The translations under genes were made by a program, and so were the position numbers. Positions 26,606 to 37,000 of a stretch of 64,000 nt of DNA are shown here, in pieces. Position 1 is the first letter of the stretch. Each line of letters begins with the position of its first letter. The notes below the pieces were generated by a model. That model saw only the letters and a list, made by a program, of their open reading frames with translations. It searched no databases and was not told the origin of the DNA. The stretch spans positions 32,001 through 96,000 of the IMG/VR virus record IMGVR_UViG_3300027917_000024. One strand, written 5' to 3'. The DNA is from a virus.

Positions 26606-27193
26606 TTAAGAATGTAATAGCTTTCTCCATTGTGGGTACCAAACAGCAGCACTTACTCCTGTACCTTCATGTACTGTTACACCACTTGCCATGGTTCCAT
26701 TGTAATAGAGAAATGTTTTGTAACCTATATCATAGAATAGTTTTCCTACTCTTGGTTTTATAAGAGGGTTTACCTGATAGTGAGAAGCCCCAGAAGTTGT
26801 AACCATAGTTCCAGATGGTATGGTTTCGAAGGTCATAGAACCGATATATCGCTCTAGAAATCGGCGGTCAATCTCTTGTAACGCTCTTCTTAATATTCTT
26901 GGCCAATCAACGTCGCCTACTGTAATATACGGCCAACCATAATTCGTGGTATAGTCTTGTACGATTGTATACTCTTCACCCCAAATGTCTTCTGCGTCCT
27001 CATTTAAATAGGCATAAGTAAGTGTAAGCTCTGTTGTACTCGAAACACTACTGATCCAATAGATATTCTGCTCACCTCTTACCTTGAATATGCACCCATT
27101 CCAACTCCCGTCTGTAACCCATGTCGTATTTTTACCAATTACAGTTGTAGAGTTGTGATCAATACTTACAGTTCCTGTTCTATATTGTCCCAT
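26606..27193 (-). CDS. Short tail fibre/adaptor protein (QYRTGT N-terminal family)
   Basis: MGQYRTGTVSID...GD.DWP.I...AL..ID; GKLFYD motif. Confidence 0.75.
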   Translation of the reverse strand: MGQYRTGTVSIDHNSTTVIGKNTTWVTDGSWNGCIFKVRGEQNIYWISSVSSTTELTLTYAYLNEDAEDIWGEEYTIVQDYTTNYGWPYITVGDVDWPRILRRALQEIDRRFLERYIGSMTFETIPSGTMVTTSGASHYQVNPLIKPRVGKLFYDIGYKTFLYYNGTMASGVTVHEGTGVSAAVWYPQWRKLLHS

Positions 27194-27202
27194 CTCAGCT
27201 CC

Positions 27203-28405
27203 TTACCAGAAAGAAACTATTTTTACTAGATCTGCATATACAGTTTTACAGACGTTGCTTTTACCTACATATGCTAATGTATCTGGATCAAACTCATAGA
27301 ATATAGGAAAGACGTCCCCAGCAACACAATCTACACCTGCTCCAAAAAGTCTATTTGAGTCTCCCCCTAAGCACCAAATCCTATAAAACCCAGAAGGAGC
27401 TTGGTCAGAATAGGGATTCCATACCCATTGAGCAGTATCATAGTAAGTCTGTGTAAGATTTAGTGAGGTGGCCACTGCAAATTTCTGAGAAACGGATGCA
27501 TATCGTTTTTCTAAAAAGCACTCTTCTACATTATTATCATATCTAAGAGAGTATAGATATCCATTTACACCGTCTCCTCCAATTTTATATATTGTACTAT
27601 CAAAGACCTCATCAGCCATTTGTATCACATCTGTTGCATCCCAGGCCGCAACATCAAAAACTACCATCTTGAAATACTGTGGTGGATACGCCCAAGCTTC
27701 CATAGTATACAATATATAGAGTGTAGTGGCATTACCTGCTAGTGATACCGGCCTTCCTCCAGTAAGTCCATATTCTGTTGTAAAATCATACGCAAAAATA
27801 TTCTTCTCGTTAATAATCTCATAGGTCTCTGGGTTGATTTGAAAAAGATGTTCCCCAAAGGGTTCTTTCATAAGCACAAATGTCCCACCAGTATCAACCA
27901 CAATATCAGTTAAGGTCCAAGGTTTAGACAGCCTATCAATCCAGTGCGAAGGTTTTATAGGGGTTGCACTACCATACGCTTCTATGGTATTTTCTGATTC
28001 TCCACTAGGCCATTCTCTTACTTCAAATCGATATTCGGTGGTTGGACACCTAGCTGTATGGTAAGGTAGATTCTCAGAGGTAGGTGAACCTGGTCCTATC
28101 ACACCCTCGTAATTCATCGGTGAATGACAATAAAGCCCACAACCGTTATCGCACTCGGGACACCACTCATTCCAATTTAACCAAGTATCAGTAGGGCATC
28201 TACAGTGCTCTGCATAGTCGTGTCTCAATACGATACTAATGTTATCCCCTTTAGCTCCAATTCCTACAGGCATACATCCACTATTAGCTTCTATAATAAG
28301 GTTTTCTCCCAGTTCTGCCGGTGGAGACCATATTGCCGGTCTATATGTTGGTGGTAAATATGGATATGCAGGTGCTTGTGGCTTCCAGTACCAATCCCAA
28401 CTCAC
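27203..28405 (-). CDS. Putative tail-associated protein, beta-rich (propeller-like) with Cys-rich N-terminal region
   Basis: GTG start with GAGGAGG; aromatic and beta-rich composition; lies in the fibre cluster. Confidence 0.55.
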   Translation of the reverse strand: MSWDWYWKPQAPAYPYLPPTYRPAIWSPPAELGENLIIEANSGCMPVGIGAKGDNISIVLRHDYAEHCRCPTDTWLNWNEWCPECDNGCGLYCHSPMNYEGVIGPGSPTSENLPYHTARCPTTEYRFEVREWPSGESENTIEAYGSATPIKPSHWIDRLSKPWTLTDIVVDTGGTFVLMKEPFGEHLFQINPETYEIINEKNIFAYDFTTEYGLTGGRPVSLAGNATTLYILYTMEAWAYPPQYFKMVVFDVAAWDATDVIQMADEVFDSTIYKIGGDGVNGYLYSLRYDNNVEECFLEKRYASVSQKFAVATSLNLTQTYYDTAQWVWNPYSDQAPSGFYRIWCLGGDSNRLFGAGVDCVAGDVFPIFYEFDPDTLAYVGKSNVCKTVYADLVKIVSFW

Positions 28406-28419
28406 TGTATCTTCCTCCT

Positions 28420-30084
28420 CTAAGGTACGTCTAAGGCGTCTTGTATCTCAGAACCATCAAATTCTGTATTAGTAGTTTGTAGTAGACTAGCTCTTGTCGG
28501 TTTCAATGTGGTTCCATCAATTTCAATTAATGCTAGATACGTATCATCTCCATTTAGCCATATTAATGTTCCTATGGTAAAGAGGGCATTTGGGTAATTT
28601 CCACAGACAAGATATGGGCCACCGCCTTCGAACCAATTGTCTCCATAATAGATATCCCTTTGCCAATCACATAATTCACCTAAATGATATTCCGCACGTA
28701 GGGCAGATACAGCCACCTCATCTAGGTTTTTATCATAACTAGCCAAATCAGTATACATCTCATGTGGCTGGTCATCCCAATACCAACCATTCTTTTCTCT
28801 TGAAACTGCCATCCCATCTGTACCTGCTGTTACTGCATAGGCCTCGCATACATTCAGATTCTTCGACCGTAAGAGAGTCTCGAACTGTTTTGTACTACTA
28901 TTATAACTGTCTCTCTCGTATACATAGGTTTTTGCATAGACGTTGAAACCTGATTTAACAGTAAAATTATCGGCTCTCCATGTTACATTCTGAGATGCGT
29001 TTGAATTATCTACACGAAGTGAAATGTTGATTATTCTGTATGCATAGGAGTTCCTAAACTCATCGTGCTCTGCGATCAATGTCCAATCACTTCCATTCCA
29101 ATAATACCCCCTTAATTCGGTATATCCTGTAATCATACCCTCTGACCGCCGCATTCTGGCTACTATCCTTAATTTACCACTTGTATCTGGAGAACTACCT
29201 ATCATAGAATCAATTGTATGCCACGAACTATCGTAGTAGCCAAGTTGATATCCATATTGTCCTCCCCAATAACCAAATCGTACATAAGCAACATCGGTTT
29301 TTGTTTTATAATAGTTAAGTACTAGATCAATTCCCCAACTCTCCACCGCACCATAATTTATTAACTCAAAATCCACAGCGATATCAACTTGTGGCAGATC
29401 ATAATCCCCCCCAATCATATAGGTAGTTGTTACATGATCCGCTGTTCCTAATCCAATCTGAGTGAGTTCTAGTTTGTTATTTTGAATATCTGGAGACCCT
29501 GAAGTAATATTCCACTTTTTAGAATTTGGTGCGCTGCCATCCAATCCTGTAAAATCATCACCAAGGTAACTACTCTCAACCATCTCGCTTCCTGCTGTTA
29601 TGTAGACCTCATCATCAACGACATCAATGAACTTTATATTCGTTTCAGAAGTATAATCAAAATAATCTATTAACCGCAGAAATTTCCATCCAGATGCTTC
29701 AGGAATGGAGCTCGAACTAGACTCTTCGGTTTCTATATGACTAGAACCAATTTCTGCAATATAGCGAACATGAGGATCGGATGTGTCTCTAAAAGTAGCA
29801 AAAACGGAGCCATAATCGCTACTACCTATTAACAATAACTGGTTATAGGCTCCCGCACCATAATCTACTGTTATTGATGGGTTTGCCGCCTCAATAATAT
29901 CAATTAAATTTTGAACCGTTGTAGAACTTATATAGGTAGGTTTTGAATCTGCTACTGGCCATTTTAGTTTAGCAACTCTATGGCCTTCTACTGCAGCCGA
30001 ATCGTTGTATTGCATATAAATAATTCGGCTCCCAGTTTTCCCTCCTACAAGGGCATGTCTTGCAATATTACTCATACCAATCAT
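28420..30084 (-). CDS. Putative tail-associated protein with a lectin/ConA-like beta-sandwich
   Basis: DDFTG...KW...DFEL...KLRI...YYWNGSDWT...DNF pattern typical of virion beta-sandwich domains. Confidence 0.55.
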   Translation of the reverse strand: MIGMSNIARHALVGGKTGSRIIYMQYNDSAAVEGHRVAKLKWPVADSKPTYISSTTVQNLIDIIEAANPSITVDYGAGAYNQLLLIGSSDYGSVFATFRDTSDPHVRYIAEIGSSHIETEESSSSSIPEASGWKFLRLIDYFDYTSETNIKFIDVVDDEVYITAGSEMVESSYLGDDFTGLDGSAPNSKKWNITSGSPDIQNNKLELTQIGLGTADHVTTTYMIGGDYDLPQVDIAVDFELINYGAVESWGIDLVLNYYKTKTDVAYVRFGYWGGQYGYQLGYYDSSWHTIDSMIGSSPDTSGKLRIVARMRRSEGMITGYTELRGYYWNGSDWTLIAEHDEFRNSYAYRIINISLRVDNSNASQNVTWRADNFTVKSGFNVYAKTYVYERDSYNSSTKQFETLLRSKNLNVCEAYAVTAGTDGMAVSREKNGWYWDDQPHEMYTDLASYDKNLDEVAVSALRAEYHLGELCDWQRDIYYGDNWFEGGGPYLVCGNYPNALFTIGTLIWLNGDDTYLALIEIDGTTLKPTRASLLQTTNTEFDGSEIQDALDVP

Positions 30085-30099
30085 TTGCTTCCCCTCCGT

Positions 30100-33078
30100 T
30101 TAGTAAGGCCCATCTGATGGTGTTCTATTCCCACAACCGTCTGTTACGTAGAGATACCATAATTGTGGAGATCCAGTACCTTCTCCTAGACCCATCATAT
30201 TTGCTCCGAACCTTATTTCTGAATCTGTCCAGTAAGTAATCTCTTGCTGATGTAAGATTGTACATAAAGCATAAAGAGCATTATTTCCAATCTCTACTTT
30301 GGCACTTCCACAATATACCCCAAACCCACTTCCTTGGACCGTGCCATAAATGGTTTCTCCATGCACTCCTATTTCTTTCGTAAAGCTACTTATGGAAGGT
30401 GTATCCGCTTTTTCCGAGCAGTAGCTAGCATCACAAGCTGACATGACATATGTATCTGATGTTCCGAAGTATACAATTATTCTTAGATCGCCTCCACCAA
30501 CAGTGGTCGTTCCTCCCTGGTCTATATCAATATTAATATCGTCATACTGTGCTATATTTTGGTATGTAAGAGTTATCGTATTTGATGAATACTCACCCTC
30601 TTTAATTTCTAATTGCTCCCCCCCAAGGCCAAAGATACTGGAAGAATTACAATTGATATCAACAAGTAAACTAGCTCCACTAGGAGGTACATCTACAGCC
30701 ATTCTTGCCTTTGTAATATATCCTGAAAATGGTGCCAGGAAAGAGACTATGTTTTGTGTCTGTCCCCATTGTCCTTTTATAAGAATATTGTTGCCCCTAT
30801 CACCTCCAAGTGTAAATGGCATATTAGCGCCGCTCGCAATAGCAAACGGCAACCAACCATTTACTGCGTCCGAGTAGTAATAACATCTGGCATCGAGAGC
30901 TTGATATACTATTGTACCACCTACTGGTTTGAGTACTTGTCCTAAGGTCATGGTAGAGGCGGTAATACCATACTGTGACCTGATAGCTGGGCCGTCTGAT
31001 CTTTCTCCAATTACAGCATAATCGGTAGAAGTCCGAACATGCATTCCTTTCTTCATACCGTACATTTGTATTCCTGTTGTATTAGCACTGCTCATATATA
31101 CCATTGTACCACTAGGGGCCGTACTCTCAAGTCTCAGTGCGTTTCCTGTGTAACCTGACGTTCCAATTTTTATTCCTGCTCCTGTACCGCATGCTAAACT
31201 AATAGCGTACCCATCACCAGTTGCTACTCCTCCGCTGGATTGAAAATCTATCAATTTTCCTGTCGCTGACCTTGCCTTTATAAGATTTAGATTGGCACTT
31301 TCCAGGCTAAGTGTTGCATAGGCTACATCAGGTCCGGTAGTCGTTGTAACTTCTAGCCCACCACCTGCTCCGCATTGTAAGCTCGCAGCATATGAAGTTC
31401 CTGTGCCATTTGCAGTACCCTTGATTAATTGCCCAAGTTGTGTACTAACTTTTAAACCAATACCTTTCACAGCATTGGCCTGTATTGCTCCATACTGCGT
31501 AGTTGTTACGTCGCTTGATGCAGATATTGCCCACGCCCTCTTCGAATAAAAATATGAGGCGTCTCGTGGCAGAGATGTATTCAAATTTTTTACTTGAAAT
31601 GCGAGGTTGTTATAGCTCAGGATATCAACAGGGTAAAGTCCTTCTGTTGCTATAGCTATATAACTTCCTTCGTCATAAGCGTCCTGCAGTGACACACCAC
31701 CAGCAGCACCGCCTGTTATGGATTGCCACGCCCCATCATAATAACGCAGTCCACTTGCAGCATTCGAATAGACAACAGTTCCTATTTGTGGGCTTGTAAT
31801 TGCGGCATGATTATCAGAATAAATTGTAATTCCATTTTTAGAGTCAATAGCTGGATAAGTAGTTGAAGATGCTCTCAATGCCCATGATGATGTCCCAGTA
31901 ACTTCCAGGCCTACCCTATTTGATCTTATTACAGCAGCAGGATACCCGACAGCTCCCCCAGAGACTTCCAGCGCTGTCTGTGATGCTTCTAGAATGGCTT
32001 TTCCTATAGACCTGAGAGTTATACCACTTGTCGAGACTTTAATACCGGGATACTCCGTTGTAGTTGCGCTATTGGAAGTTACATTCAATCCTCCTTTCCG
32101 TGCATCAAGTTGGATAGCAAATTGATTACTGGCAGTTGCATATGCTGCACTTGATACATGCAGAGGACGATAGGAATCTATTGTAATACCAATATTACCT
32201 GGAGCCTTGACATACATTCCAGGCGCACCGGAAGGCTGTGAAATGTAAGCGGCATAGTTATTATTAGATGAAGCGACTAGTCCATACCCTTTTTGAGAAT
32301 ACGCCCAGATACCTACATCTGTTGAACTGCTAGCGCCGTAAGTACTATGGTAGTCAATTGACATACCAGCAATACCCACGTTCCTTAGCCATGGATAACT
32401 ACTTTGAAACTGGGTTGGGTCATCTGCATTTGCAACACCAAATATTGCAGCATTGGCATAGGAACTTGGGGAACCGGCATCGCCCCTATCTGCATAGTTT
32501 GTTACAGCTACAAGAGGCGTTCTGTGCCTGGAATATACATACTCTAGAGCACCTTCAAATGGAGATAACGAACTTGAAACTCCTATAGTATTTTGATCTG
32601 AGATATGTAATGCTGGGGCTCGATCTGCTCCACCATATGTACCTGAACGATATATAATTACCGGAGCATTATCTGCAAAAATAGTATTATCTATATCATA
32701 AGCACCATCTAGACCTGTACCTGATCCAGAGGGTGATATGCTTCCACCTCCTAAAGCCGTCTGAATTCGTAGCATTGCCTCATTGAAAATAGACGGCCAG
32801 TTAGCATCGCCTCTATGCATGAGTGGAATATGCTGAGGATCCAAATAATCTCTAATAATGACATAGGTTTCATCAGAGGCAGTAGAACCTGTGTATGGAG
32901 CAGTCAGTGTGAGTGATGTATTACTTTGAACGTTTGCAACATAATACCAACCATCTGTTCCTTGCAAGTTAAAAAGGTATCCAGAAGTGATTCCAGTGGA
33001 TTGCCATAATGTACTTGCTCCTGATACATATATGGATCCATTGTCTATACTAACTGTACCTACCCGATATTGCGCCAT
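30100..33078 (-). CDS. Long tail fibre/receptor-binding protein with C-terminal IPT/TIG-like Ig domain
   Basis: QYRVGT N-terminal domain, G/A/S-rich beta repeats in two modules, then PSISS...GSGFG...ITYWTDSEI. Confidence 0.8.
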   Translation of the reverse strand: MAQYRVGTVSIDNGSIYVSGASTLWQSTGITSGYLFNLQGTDGWYYVANVQSNTSLTLTAPYTGSTASDETYVIIRDYLDPQHIPLMHRGDANWPSIFNEAMLRIQTALGGGSISPSGSGTGLDGAYDIDNTIFADNAPVIIYRSGTYGGADRAPALHISDQNTIGVSSSLSPFEGALEYVYSRHRTPLVAVTNYADRGDAGSPSSYANAAIFGVANADDPTQFQSSYPWLRNVGIAGMSIDYHSTYGASSSTDVGIWAYSQKGYGLVASSNNNYAAYISQPSGAPGMYVKAPGNIGITIDSYRPLHVSSAAYATASNQFAIQLDARKGGLNVTSNSATTTEYPGIKVSTSGITLRSIGKAILEASQTALEVSGGAVGYPAAVIRSNRVGLEVTGTSSWALRASSTTYPAIDSKNGITIYSDNHAAITSPQIGTVVYSNAASGLRYYDGAWQSITGGAAGGVSLQDAYDEGSYIAIATEGLYPVDILSYNNLAFQVKNLNTSLPRDASYFYSKRAWAISASSDVTTTQYGAIQANAVKGIGLKVSTQLGQLIKGTANGTGTSYAASLQCGAGGGLEVTTTTGPDVAYATLSLESANLNLIKARSATGKLIDFQSSGGVATGDGYAISLACGTGAGIKIGTSGYTGNALRLESTAPSGTMVYMSSANTTGIQMYGMKKGMHVRTSTDYAVIGERSDGPAIRSQYGITASTMTLGQVLKPVGGTIVYQALDARCYYYSDAVNGWLPFAIASGANMPFTLGGDRGNNILIKGQWGQTQNIVSFLAPFSGYITKARMAVDVPPSGASLLVDINCNSSSIFGLGGEQLEIKEGEYSSNTITLTYQNIAQYDDINIDIDQGGTTTVGGGDLRIIVYFGTSDTYVMSACDASYCSEKADTPSISSFTKEIGVHGETIYGTVQGSGFGVYCGSAKVEIGNNALYALCTILHQQEITYWTDSEIRFGANMMGLGEGTGSPQLWYLYVTDGCGNRTPSDGPY

Positions 33079-33297
33079 TTACTTATCTTCCGATTTTTGC
33101 CTTTCCTCGGCAAGAATAATGGAGAACTCTAGAGATTGAATGACTCCTTTTTCGAAAGCCAACTTATCCTTCGTGTCGGCCTGATATGTTTGGAGCCCTC
33201 TGATTGTCTGCTCAACTTCATAGAGTTCGGACTGAAACTCAAGTAACTTAGTTTGATGTTTTTGTAACTCCTTCTTCATAGCTTCGATTGCATCCAT
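33079..33297 (-). CDS. Small coiled-coil protein
   Basis: AGGAG RBS; heptad pattern; resembles 33771-34040 in G[VI]IQ[ST]L.F.I. Confidence 0.7.
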   Translation of the reverse strand: MDAIEAMKKELQKHQTKLLEFQSELYEVEQTIRGLQTYQADTKDKLAFEKGVIQSLEFSIILAEERQKSEDK

Positions 33298-33308
33298 AAT
33301 CTCTCTCC

Positions 33309-33758
33309 TTAACTGGTACTTGAATAAGATACTCCACTTGATAAACTGAAACTACTACTACTACTACTACTACTACTAGATGAGCTAAGACTGAAACTAC
33401 TACTACTAGATGAGCTAAGACTGAAACTACTACTGGAACTAGACCCTAATACTAAAAACCAATCAATTGAATCTCTTTCCTCCCGTAATCTTTTAATTAC
33501 GTTATCTTTATAGGATAAGTTAGGATCCATGTGATGACTAGAGTCTAAATCTCTAGCAATTTCAGCAATTACCTTAAAGATGACATCTTCAATATTTGCA
33601 TTTTCTAGCATGGTCATCGTCTGATCCACTTTATTTCTTCTATTGTTAAGCCAATCTATATTATAGACCTGTGATCTATTCCATACTTGTATGTCATCTC
33701 CCTTCTGGATAATCTTGTATCTGTCTTTCACTTGAGGCACTATAATTCTTCGTGGCAT
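33309..33758 (-). CDS. Protein with a C-terminal poly-serine tail of about 44 aa
   Basis: AGGAG RBS; ends in SSSSSSFSL repeats. Confidence 0.75.
   Translation of the reverse strand: MPRRIIVPQVKDRYKIIQKGDDIQVWNRSQVYNIDWLNNRRNKVDQTMTMLENANIEDVIFKVIAEIARDLDSSHHMDPNLSYKDNVIKRLREERDSIDWFLVLGSSSSSSFSLSSSSSSSFSLSSSSSSSSSSSSFSLSSGVSYSSTS
33340..33440 (-). repeat. AGT microsatellite plus 30-bp tandem repeat encoding poly-Ser
   Basis: CTACTACTACTAGATGAGCTAAGACTGAAA at 33367 and 33397 (+ strand). Confidence 0.9.
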
Positions 33759-33770
33759 GGCAATCTCCTA

Positions 33771-34040
33771 CTAGTCATCCCCTTGTTTAATATGATCTGA
33801 TAGCTTGAACGGCTTCCCTTGCGGTGGGCTAGCAAGTTCTACATTTGAAAAACCGTCAGTTTGAATCATAAACTGTAGTGTCTGTATTATACCATTCAAC
33901 TCTTTTATTTGTGGTTCGAGCTCTGCAAGTTGCTTTTTACCCTGTTCCACCATTTTCAGTGCTTGGTCTTTTTTGGTATAGAGGTCGAGAACTTTTAAAG
34001 TCTGCCCATTCAACTCTTTTACAATCGCATCTTTGTCCAT
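33771..34040 (-). CDS. Small coiled-coil protein
   Basis: AGGAG RBS; heptad pattern. Confidence 0.7.
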   Translation of the reverse strand: MDKDAIVKELNGQTLKVLDLYTKKDQALKMVEQGKKQLAELEPQIKELNGIIQTLQFMIQTDGFSNVELASPPQGKPFKLSDHIKQGDD

Positions 34041-34054
34041 TACTTGTCTCCTTT

Positions 34055-37000
34055 CTAGTCACCGAAAGCGATACATCTCCATCGTCCATTTGGATATGTA
34101 CCAGTATCAGTTTGGTGCTGTTTATAAAATAGTCGATACTTACTTGCCAGAAGATCTCCTCTTTTTCCCATAGAATCCGGCGGTCGTGAACCTGAGTAAC
34201 TATAATCAGGTAGATTATTATAGGAACCAGAATGATCTCCAAAGTGTATATGAGCACATTGTTCCTGTGGCATAACATGAGTGTCTAACCATATATCAAC
34301 ACCTATTGTCGTACTAGTACTATCTGTTGCCGTTACACCTAGCCCTTGATACCTAGAAGCAGTAAAGACGCCTCCTTTAAGGGTATTATCGGCATCATCT
34401 GAACCCGCTGACCCCATTACTCCTGTAGCAGTAGGAATTGTACCAGCACCATTAGTATAAACCGACGCAAAGAAGTTTCCCCCAACGGAAATACCGTGAT
34501 CACCGGCAGCAGCCCACCCTTCTACTCCAACAAGAATATTATTACTACCAAGATTTGTTACACCTGCTTGCATTCCGTGCATGAACTTAGATACACTTTC
34601 CTGCTCTACTTGTATTACTAGTCCTCGGTAAAAGTTGCCTTTTATTACCATTCCATAGGAAGGTGTATCAGGCCAAACAGCGGTTACATCACAAGGAGAT
34701 CTAATAAGAATTCCTGCACTATGGTCCTTAGCGGTATCTTTCATTGGGACTACAAGTAACGATGCATATCCCCAATCTGTCCACGAATCAACAGGAACTT
34801 GACCATCATGATCAATAGTTACAGTGAAGTTTCTATCTGCAGAATCAGTATTGAAATAATGTGCAGAATTAGACGTCTCGATAACTGTTATTGGAGTTTC
34901 GCCTCCAATCTGTGCTAATAGTTCCGGCGAATCTTCTGTTACTTGGTACAGCCCTTCTGTATCATACACATGAATTCCTGGCGAGTCTTCCCTAACCCAA
35001 GCATATGGAGGATCCTCTTCTTGTGTATAGGCCTGACCAACAAGAACTTCTCTAAAGTTCTGTATGTCCTTAACACGCAACTTACCACCAACCTCTAAGT
35101 GGCCAATCCACTCATCTAATGTTTTATCATACGCCCTGAAGAACCACAGATACCCCTGATCTGCTAGTTCTTCACCCTCTAGTCTGGCACTTTTGATAAG
35201 CGGGTCTGTAGGAATATCTGGTAGCTGTGATTCAAGGCCTTCAATCCACGGCCTTCCTATCAAGAATTTTGTATCTGCTCCATATAAGCTCGGCCAGGTA
35301 GTTGTATACTCCCACCACTCTCTACCAAAATTGTCTCCGTGGGCTTCCATCATACTTCTTTCATACACACTGCTTGGGCCGTCAATTACAATACGTGAGT
35401 GGCCTTTGTAATTATCACTTGCATTGTAACCAGTGTAGAGCCGCATATCAAAGTATGATGTCCAATACGGATTATGAATGACACCAGTAGTAATGTCATT
35501 ATTTTTGATATAGGTTCCAGGTGAGGCAGCGACCATTCTGATTTCTACCTTGAACTGCCCAACATCACTCTGAATAATATCTAAAGGATCAACAAGGTTC
35601 CTACCATCGATAGCCTGTTCGCCTCCTCCTGTATGCATATTTCTTACGATAGTTACTGAAAATAGAGGTATATTTCCTCTTCGTCTCAAATCTGAGAATG
35701 TGCCGTCATAATTGAAGTCTGCTACTGTTTCTGTTAAATCATACTGCTCAAACAATACCGATTCATGACTTCCAGCATTGATATACTCTACGTAGCCGAC
35801 ATGTATACTCCTCTTGACTGTCGTACCATCTGGAACTTCATTTGCAGCTTCGGTGAATAAATACTCACCAGCTGTAATATAAAACCCACTATCATTTGCA
35901 AATTCTATTCGACCATTAATCATTGGGTCGACACCATCATGAACGCCTTGGTACTCTCCAGATTTATGCCACTTGATTCTTACATATTCATCCGGTTCTA
36001 TACTATCATCAAATAGGCGAGTTACCTGGAGATCTACAGTGTATGGAAGAGCTCCGATCTGAATTGATCTGGCTCGAATGGAGTTAGTTAGAATCATTCC
36101 TCCATTGATATACGTATATTCTTTGTTATGGGAAGGATCTTGGCCGTAGATAGCAAAAATACGTGAGATAGCAAATTCTGATATAGTATATGCACATCCA
36201 CCAGGAGCTGTAGCTACTCCTATAGGGCAATTGCCTGTTTTGTAATATCCTATTGGAGGCTCCTCGTCTTCCGTCCAACCGTGATATTTACAGTAGCTCC
36301 CACAATCCCACACACAATGATCTTTGAACGGTTGCCACGGATACGCACCAGCATAATCTCCAATCCATACTTTCTCAGCTGAAAGATGCTTGACCTTTGC
36401 ATTATTGATCATAGCATCGCCAATTTTAGCTGTAGTAATAGCTGCGTCTGCGATGTGCATACGATCAATCAATTCAAAGTCAGCAGCTTTCCATATAAGA
36501 TTCCCAAGTTCATCTACATACCAGAGCCTTCTTCCCTGTGTCGTTCGAACAGCCAGAGTAACAAAATACCGATTATAATTTATTCCCTCTTTAGTCCTGT
36601 CACTATCTGCTGCAGCATCTGGTGTATAGTATGAATTCACATAACAGCAGCTCAAGGTTGGATCGGCTGGACCATACGGGCAATTCCCTGTATTTATATC
36701 ATTGTTTGGAGAGGCGTGGCATCCCATAGCACAACTGTCATAGGTCGTACCGGACGGATGCGTAACAACGGAGAAGTGTGTGCAGATACCTCCTTCATTG
36801 GATACACCCGCATTTGTCCAATGGAATATGGGTCCCTCTGTTGAGCCTAGGAAAAAGTATGAATCACCAAGATCATCTACGTTTACAAGTCTCAAGTGCC
36901 CATCAACTGTACGTTCGAATTCGCCGTAGCTTTTGACATTGCTATCCCCAGAAGTTTTCAGAGCCATAAATTCAGTTACTGGATTGGCTTCCCATGTACT

